Part shown: positions 26,553 through 32,000 of the stretch, piece after piece
Layout of the letters: every line of letters starts with the position of its first letter
How positions within the stretch are numbered: position 1 is the first letter of the stretch
DNA from: Geotalea uraniireducens Rf4
GTDB taxonomy: Bacteria; Desulfobacterota; Desulfuromonadia; Geobacterales; Geobacteraceae
DNA: 32,000 nt
Assembly: GCF_000016745.1 (NCBI RefSeq)
Contig: NC_009483.1
Location: 780,001 to 812,000, forward strand
Reading direction: 5' to 3'
Notes under the pieces: generated by a model
Seen by the model: only the letters and a program-made list of their open reading frames with translations
The model's database searches: none
Told to the model about the DNA's origin: nothing
Position numbers and translations under genes: made by a program

Positions 26553-27886
26553 TTGTTCGCCTCCTTTACCGCACCGCGCAAGACGAATGAGACGCTGCCG
26601 TCGGGCCGGGACTTTATCTCGCCGACTTCGACGTTGCTTAAAGCATCTGCCGTGCGGGTTTTGAAGTCGTTAACCGCCTGGATGGAGCGGGCATCTCCCT
26701 TGAGGTGCACCTGATTGCCCGATATCTCGGCCTCGAAGACCTCGAACACGTCATCACCCTTCGCCTCGGCTAATTTTGTCAGGATTGGCAGCAGATTACT
26801 CGATGTTTTGCCGCTGCTGAGACGCTTGATTTCGGAGCGCAGTTCCGCAACCTCGTCGACCGCTTTTTTCCGGGTGGGAAATACTTCCCGATAAATGGTC
26901 TTGATCGAGTTGTTCAGGGAGTCCACGTCTTTCTTTACCAGGTAGTATCTGAGGCCGACCTCGGCAAAGAGCAGGATGACGAAGCTGACGGCGAGAATCA
27001 TGGAGAGGCGCAGCTTTTTCCGTGTCTTGGCCTGGCCGGCCGTGTAGGCAAGCTCGCCGCTGCGGAAGTTTACAGGGTCTCCGGTGGCGATCGCCCGGGC
27101 AACCGCATAGGCGCCGGCCAGATCACGCGCGGAATTGGTGTCGCCGGCAAAGGCCTCGGCAAACTCCCCGTTTACCGGCAGCGGAGGGAAGGGTGATGTT
27201 TCCTGATCGGCCGATGCGTTGGAAGAGGCTGCCTGCTGCGAACGCCCCCCGTGAGAAAAGATCCGATCGACCGTTAAACCTTTGCCGATTTCCAGGGCAG
27301 CCAATGTCTTCGTAACTTCCGCATCCGGTTCGCCGGAAGTCATGGGGCGGAAATAGAGGGGCTTGCCATTTCGGAAGACAGCCAGTGATTCACCATCGGT
27401 GATTGCAACCGTCGCGCTTTCCACTTCGGTCGGGATGAGGCACTGCCAGTTGAAGAGCGATGCCGTGACAATCTCCGGTTCCAGTCCTTTTCCCGTCATC
27501 AACCGGATCTTATCCTCCAGTGCATGACGTTTTGCCCAGACGGCAAGAACCTTTCCCTCTTCCAGGGGCACGGCCTCAAACATCAGTTGATCGGTGTCTA
27601 CGGCGGTTTCGCCTTTCAGCTCCAGCGGCAGGAGCTCCCGAATCTTGCGTCTATCACTGAGGGGGAGTTCCAGTTCGCGCATGAAGAGCTGGTTCGAGGG
27701 GATGGCCAGGATCACCCTGCGCTCTGCAGGCGCTGACGCGGCAAACTCCTCCAAAAGCTGCGGCAGGGATTCCTCTTGGCCGAGGGGGTGGCGGGCAGCC
27801 TCGACAAAGCTGAGTTCGCCCCGTTTCTTGCGGAAGGTGGCAAAGACCAACTCGTTCCGCTTAATTTCCACTATCACTAGGTTCAT
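26549..27886 (-). CDS. gspL: Type II secretion system protein L (PilM/PilN-like fusion)
   Basis: 445 aa: cytoplasmic actin-like N-domain, central TM helix (LSMILAVSFVILLFAEVGL) and a periplasmic C-domain. Lies between gspK and gspM. Confidence 0.7.
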   Translation of the reverse strand: MNLVIVEIKRNELVFATFRKKRGELSFVEAARHPLGQEESLPQLLEEFAASAPAERRVILAIPSNQLFMRELELPLSDRRKIRELLPLELKGETAVDTDQLMFEAVPLEEGKVLAVWAKRHALEDKIRLMTGKGLEPEIVTASLFNWQCLIPTEVESATVAITDGESLAVFRNGKPLYFRPMTSGEPDAEVTKTLAALEIGKGLTVDRIFSHGGRSQQAASSNASADQETSPFPPLPVNGEFAEAFAGDTNSARDLAGAYAVARAIATGDPVNFRSGELAYTAGQAKTRKKLRLSMILAVSFVILLFAEVGLRYYLVKKDVDSLNNSIKTIYREVFPTRKKAVDEVAELRSEIKRLSSGKTSSNLLPILTKLAEAKGDDVFEVFEAEISGNQVHLKGDARSIQAVNDFKTRTADALSNVEVGEIKSRPDGSVSFVLRGAVKEANK

Positions 27887-27891
27887 CAGAA

Positions 27892-28797
27892 TTATCTCCA
27901 GTATAAAACCGTAGACTGTATGCCCGAGATGCGCACCACCGCCTCGACGACCCGGCTGGTTTCCCTGACGCGGGCCTCCGAGTGGATGCGGTATACGCTT
28001 CCCTTGAAGGTAATTTTGGTCGCGAGTCCTGATGCAATGGACTGTGAGCCCAAAGCATTCCCCAATTCGGCAAAGTTACTGAACGGCCGCTTAGCGAGGA
28101 CTTGTTTTGCCTTGTCTGCATCGATTTGTTTGTCAAGCGCCTCGATGATCTCCTGCTGAGCGGTGTTGATGTTTATTCCCCCCTGGACGCCGTCATAGAC
28201 GGTTACCAGCGGCATAAGTTTTTTCAGCGGCTCTCCGGCGAATCCCTTAACCAGGGCCAGTTCCTCGACAGTGTCCAGCCGCCCGCCCTTTGCCTCATAA
28301 GGAGGTTTAAGCGTGCTGTAATACTGCGTTTTTGCCCCGTATGTATGAGGTATTTCGTTTTCGCCACGCCAGTCAGCCAGAGCGTCGATGAGACTGTTGC
28401 TGTCTTTTAACTTTAAATTGTTAAAGAGGCGGCTTGCCACCTCTGCAGCAAAATTATTATCTAGGTTGCCGTTTTGCGGAAAATCGTTGATGTTCAGCTT
28501 GCCGCTCTCTTCCTCAATGGTTACCAGCAGACTCCCCTGTTCATCCTCTATTTTCAGCGGTTTGGCCCAACGATCCATGAGGGAGCTGTACGTCTGTTGT
28601 GCTAAATCGAACTGCAACAACCTGATGCCGCCGTCCACGCCCGATGCGGCGAGTATGCTCGCCTGCTGTCCGGCCACGAAATTATGGCTGAGCGAGGTGT
28701 CCACGTAGACTTCATCGACGAATTCGGCGGCCAGCGCCACGAGGAGGGCGGTGATGATCAATGTTATGACAAGGGCGAAGCCCCGCTCGTCTTTCAC
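27892..28797 (-). CDS. gspK: Type II secretion minor pseudopilin K
   Basis: N-terminus MKDERGFALVITLIITALLVALAAEF is typical of GspK (no Glu5). About 300 aa, located downstream of gspJ. Confidence 0.8.
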   Translation of the reverse strand: MKDERGFALVITLIITALLVALAAEFVDEVYVDTSLSHNFVAGQQASILAASGVDGGIRLLQFDLAQQTYSSLMDRWAKPLKIEDEQGSLLVTIEEESGKLNINDFPQNGNLDNNFAAEVASRLFNNLKLKDSNSLIDALADWRGENEIPHTYGAKTQYYSTLKPPYEAKGGRLDTVEELALVKGFAGEPLKKLMPLVTVYDGVQGGININTAQQEIIEALDKQIDADKAKQVLAKRPFSNFAELGNALGSQSIASGLATKITFKGSVYRIHSEARVRETSRVVEAVVRISGIQSTVLYWR

Positions 28798-29420
28798 GGC
28801 CCTTTAATCCTCGGAGAGGCTGTGGCGGTGTATTCCGCGATTTTATCCCCCTCCTTCACCCGCAGGGTTATCCTGACGCTTTCGGGAAGGCGGTTGTTGT
28901 TCAGCGCGGTATCCCAGCTTCTGACCCATTTCCCTTTGTCATAACATTCCACGAGAAATCCTTCCAGCTTCTCCATCTGCGGGTAAGGATACGTCTTGAC
29001 GTCAAGGTAGAAATCCTTTGCCTGCCTGGTCAATACAATCTTGTTGTCCTTCTCGATGGGCTGGTATTTCAGCTCCACTAAATCCGAACCGGATTGAGAA
29101 TCGCTGCTGGGCGGGGCAATTGCCGTAAAGCTGATGGTAGAAGCCGGTTTGCCGAAAAAATCCCGGTCTTCGACGACAAAAAACTGTTTCTTCTTGGCCA
29201 TGTTAAACTTGTTGAAATATGCCGAGGCAATTTCCCGCCGCAGCATATCCAGTGTGGTGCGCAGCTCCCGTCGTGCTTCCATTCCGGACACCGCAGCTTC
29301 GCGCCCGTTCATCACGGAAAAGTAGGTGCCGTAGAGTGCTCCGGTGAGGATGACGAGAAGCGCCATGGCCACCAGTAGCTCCAGCAGCGTAAAGCCCTTA
29401 TTTTGCAATGTATTCGACAA
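28794..29420 (-). CDS. gspJ: Type II secretion minor pseudopilin J
   Basis: Prepilin N-terminal methylation motif KGFTLLELLVAMALLVILTG. 208 aa. Confidence 0.8.
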   Translation of the reverse strand: MSNTLQNKGFTLLELLVAMALLVILTGALYGTYFSVMNGREAAVSGMEARRELRTTLDMLRREIASAYFNKFNMAKKKQFFVVEDRDFFGKPASTISFTAIAPPSSDSQSGSDLVELKYQPIEKDNKIVLTRQAKDFYLDVKTYPYPQMEKLEGFLVECYDKGKWVRSWDTALNNNRLPESVRITLRVKEGDKIAEYTATASPRIKGP

Positions 29421-29733
29421 GGGACAGCTTATTTTTATCTCCTCCCCAGCCTACCGTCAGGATTACTTTATTCAAGCCGGGCAAGTCAGTAGGGGATGTA
29501 TCCACCTGCCACGTCATGTCCGGGTGGTCAGGGGCAAAGGTCCCTTTCTTTTCCTGCAGGTTCTTGAAACCGGGATCATCCATCTTTCCACGCGCCAGCA
29601 GGACGGCAATGGTTTCCTCCTTGTCGCGGCTGACTACGGACAGATGGTAATTGAAGGAAGTGATGACGGTCAACACAACTCCCGCCATGATGGCCAGCGC
29701 AATCATTATCTCCAGGAGGGTGAAACCTTTCAC
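29398..29733 (-). CDS. gspI: Type II secretion minor pseudopilin I
   Basis: MKGFTLLEIMIALAIMAGVVL prepilin motif. 111 aa. Confidence 0.8.
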   Translation of the reverse strand: MKGFTLLEIMIALAIMAGVVLTVITSFNYHLSVVSRDKEETIAVLLARGKMDDPGFKNLQEKKGTFAPDHPDMTWQVDTSPTDLPGLNKVILTVGWGGDKNKLSLVEYIAK

Positions 29734-30317
29734 ATCTCCTCCTGGTAGCCTTGCTCCACCTTGACCTTGCCGCTGTTCGGGTAGGCGATTACGGTGTAAT
29801 GCCCGCTGCTGTTCCCTTTCAGGTGAATGGTCGTGAATTCCGCCAGGCCGCCGGGGCCGAAGGGCACTATTACCTCGCCGTCGGTAACTTTTCCCAGCCG
29901 TGGTATGGTCACGTCTTCGATGGTTATTCCTTCGGCAATGAAGCGCTTGTTGAGGAACTGGTCGTCTGCCGTGGTTTCTTCTCCTCCTGCGGTGAGCTTT
30001 TTCACGATTATCGTACTGTCTGCCAGGTTCAGGTGCATCCGATAGATACTATTGGCCGTAATAGCTCGATCGCTGAGAAATCTGATCCCTGAAGCAAGGG
30101 TGCGCGCGGAACTGCGAAGTTTGCCGGATTCTGTGGAGGGGAGCCGCGGCAGCACCACGAGCACGACGATTGAGAGGATGGCAATTACCACCATCAGCTC
30201 GATGAGGGTGAAACCGGCGGAAAAACAGGTACGAGGATCGAGGTTCGAGGCTAATGTTTTTTCCTCGCTCCTCTTTCCTTTTTCCTCGAACCTTTCTTCT
30301 CGCTCCTTGTTCCTCAT
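29730..30317 (-). CDS. gspH: Type II secretion minor pseudopilin H with an unusually long charged leader
   Basis: Prepilin motif AGFTLIELMVVIAILSIVVL, preceded by 33 residues (MRNKEREERFEEKGKRSEEKTLASNLDPRTCFS). There is no alternative in-frame ATG, GTG or TTG between the ATG at 30317 and the G/F cleavage site. Confidence 0.75.
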   Translation of the reverse strand: MRNKEREERFEEKGKRSEEKTLASNLDPRTCFSAGFTLIELMVVIAILSIVVLVVLPRLPSTESGKLRSSARTLASGIRFLSDRAITANSIYRMHLNLADSTIIVKKLTAGGEETTADDQFLNKRFIAEGITIEDVTIPRLGKVTDGEVIVPFGPGGLAEFTTIHLKGNSSGHYTVIAYPNSGKVKVEQGYQEEM

Positions 30318-30319
30318 GC

Positions 30320-30763
30320 CTACTTGATGTTCCAGCTTTCAATATCGGCGTTCTTTCCTTCACCGCCTCTGGCGCCGTCAGCCCCCAAGGAAGAGAGGTC
30401 GTAGTCGCCATGTTCGCCTGGGGAGAGATAGATGTAATCATTCCCCCAGGGGTCTTTGGGGACATTCTTGTTGTCCAGATACCCTTCTGCCTTGTAGTTC
30501 TTCGGGATCTGGCCGACGGTCGGCTTAGCCACCAGTGCCGAGAGCCCCTGCTCGGTGGTCGGGAAGTTGCCGTTGTCCAGTTTGTAAAGCTTCAAGGCGG
30601 TTTCGAAATTGCGAATCTGCACCTTGGCGTCGGCGATTTTGGCGTCGTCGGATCGGCCGATAATTTTCGGCGCCACCAGTGCCGCCAGCAAGGCCAGAAT
30701 GACCACCACAATCATAATCTCAATGAGGGTAAAGCCGCGGTTGTTATTGGTCGTATTAATCAT
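30320..30763 (-). CDS. gspG: Type II secretion major pseudopilin G
   Basis: ATG at 30763 after GGAGG. Sequence [33 protein letters not shown], then [13 protein letters not shown] and [18 protein letters not shown], which are classical GspG features. Confidence 0.92.
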   Translation of the reverse strand: MINTTNNNRGFTLIEIMIVVVILALLAALVAPKIIGRSDDAKIADAKVQIRNFETALKLYKLDNGNFPTTEQGLSALVAKPTVGQIPKNYKAEGYLDNKNVPKDPWGNDYIYLSPGEHGDYDLSSLGADGARGGEGKNADIESWNIK

Positions 30764-30840
30764 ATGAAACCTCCGTTTGATCTGTTCTTTATAAGAGCGC
30801 CCTTGTGGTGCCATGGGTTGACCATGTACAAGAGTCGTCC

Positions 30841-32000
30841 CTACTTTACCAGTTCGTTTAACTGGAAGATGGGGAGCAACACGGCAATGACTACGAAACC
30901 GACGCTGAGACCCATTGCCAGGATGAGGAGCGGCTCCAACAGGGCCATCGAGCGGGTGGTAGATGATTCAAACTCCTTTTCAAAAGCCTCTCCGGCCTTG
31001 ATGAGCATCTTCTCCAGCTCCCCCCCTTTTTCCCCTACTGCGACCATGTGCACTAACAGAGGCGGAAACAGTGGGCTTTTCCTCAGGGTTGCCGAGAGAC
31101 TTCCCCCCTGGATCAGCTCCTCGCTGGCCTCCATGAGAATGGCGCGATATTCACGGTTGACTATCGCTGCGCCGGTGATTTCCATGGCCTTGATCACCGG
31201 CACGCCGCTCATGAGCAAGAGCCCCAGCACCTTGGCGAAGCGGGAAAGGATCAGTCTTTGCAGCAGTGAACCGAAGAGGGGGAGCTTGAGCAGCAAGCGG
31301 TCCCTCTTCCGGCACATGGTTTCGTTGCTCTTGAGTTTTTTCGATGCGTAGCTGATGGCGAAACCGAGGATGATGAGTGCCCACCACCCTTTACGCACCA
31401 GGTTGCTGACCTTGATCAGGATGATGGTTATCAGGGGGAGAGTGGCCTTGCTCTCTTCGAAAACAGTGACGATCTTCGGTACGACAAAGGCGAGGAGGAA
31501 GAGCATGACGACAACGCCTACCACCACCATGAGGATCGGGTAGGCGAGTGAGGTGATCACCTTGCTCCTGATCGCAGCCTGGTCTTCGAGGAACTCGGCA
31601 AGCCGTTCCAGGACCACTTCCAGTGCCCCGCTCGCCTCGCCTGCCGAGACCATGCCTATGTAGCTGTCGCTGAAGATCTGCGGCTCGGCGGCAAGAGCTT
31701 TGGCGAGGCTGGTGCCTTCGGCCAGCCGGTCGCGGACCCGACCGAGCATCTTTCTCAGTTCTCCCGGTCGTTCCTGGTCATAGAGGGTGTTGATGGACTC
31801 ATAGACCGGGACGGACGAGCCCAAAAGCGTGGCGAGCCGCCTCGTCATCAGGGAGAGTTCCGGTAGCCCCACCTTGCTGCGGAAGAGTTGCACCCCTTTC
31901 CGGGGTCCGGCCTCATCGGCCGGGGCGATCTCCTTCGGATAGAGGCCGTCGCTTTTCAGACGCTGTTTAGCCTCATTCGGGCTTCCTGCCTCGATGGTGC
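30841..32000 (-). CDS. gspF: Type II secretion inner-membrane platform protein F, 5' end outside the window
   Basis: GspF/PilC-type duplicated domain with TM helices. The frame stays open upstream of the GTG listed at 31893 (…[42 protein letters not shown]) to the window edge. Confidence 0.9.
   Translation of the reverse strand, partial: TIEAGSPNEAKQRLKSDGLYPKEIAPADEAGPRKGVQLFRSKVGLPELSLMTRRLATLLGSSVPVYESINTLYDQERPGELRKMLGRVRDRLAEGTSLAKALAAEPQIFSDSYIGMVSAGEASGALEVVLERLAEFLEDQAAIRSKVITSLAYPILMVVVGVVVMLFLLAFVVPKIVTVFEESKATLPLITIILIKVSNLVRKGWWALIILGFAISYASKKLKSNETMCRKRDRLLLKLPLFGSLLQRLILSRFAKVLGLLLMSGVPVIKAMEITGAAIVNREYRAILMEASEELIQGGSLSATLRKSPLFPPLLVHMVAVGEKGGELEKMLIKAGEAFEKEFESSTTRSMALLEPLLILAMGLSVGFVVIAVLLPIFQLNELVK

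Noticed and set aside
30254-31351. 365-aa plus-strand ORF, and 25816-26523 (235 aa), opposite the gsp operon
   Set aside because: Both lie antisense to gspG/gspF and gspM/gspN, which carry clear pseudopilin and platform signatures. The translations are Ser/Arg/Ala-rich with no motifs.

Overview
The window looks like a chromosomal segment from a Geobacter-like deltaproteobacterium (Desulfuromonadales). That assignment is inferred from gene content and from my recollection of G. sulfurreducens synteny (mcm, epimerase, ompJ ... hisZ, purA); no search was run.

Gene content, left to right:
- 3' end of a biotin-dependent carboxylase (BCCP domain)
- small zinc-ribbon protein (minus strand)
- methylmalonyl-CoA mutase, catalytic chain only
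- methylmalonyl-CoA epimerase
- OmpJ-like porin
- small secreted Lys-rich protein
- MntA/HepT (nucleotidyltransferase/HEPN) toxin-antitoxin pair
- secreted FG-GAP-like protein
- hisZ and purA
- tRNA-Lys(UUU) and tRNA-Glu(UUC)
- a nitrogen-oxide block: hcp, nrfH, nrfA and an HPP-family membrane protein
- periplasmic OB-fold protein
- a translationally coupled CHASE2 adenylate/guanylate cyclase, SH3 protein and M48 lipoprotein peptidase, followed by a Ste24-like M48 membrane peptidase and an octaheme c-type cytochrome
- on the minus strand, a compact type II secretion operon gspF-G-H-I-J-K-L-M-N (gspF runs off the window)

I found no CRISPR array, transposase, integrase or rRNA. I also cannot point to a clearly novel multi-gene protein system.

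The least-explained signals are non-coding:
- a roughly 155-bp MITE-like inverted-repeat element in two copies, each just upstream of a + strand gene
- a GC-rich rod-like hairpin of about 150 nt
- an orphan promoter-terminator unit in the AT-rich ompJ upstream region
- a 165-bp palindrome in a 3' UTR
- a nested inverted-repeat element of about 275 bp between convergent operons

All functional calls rest on motifs read by eye. No database search was possible.
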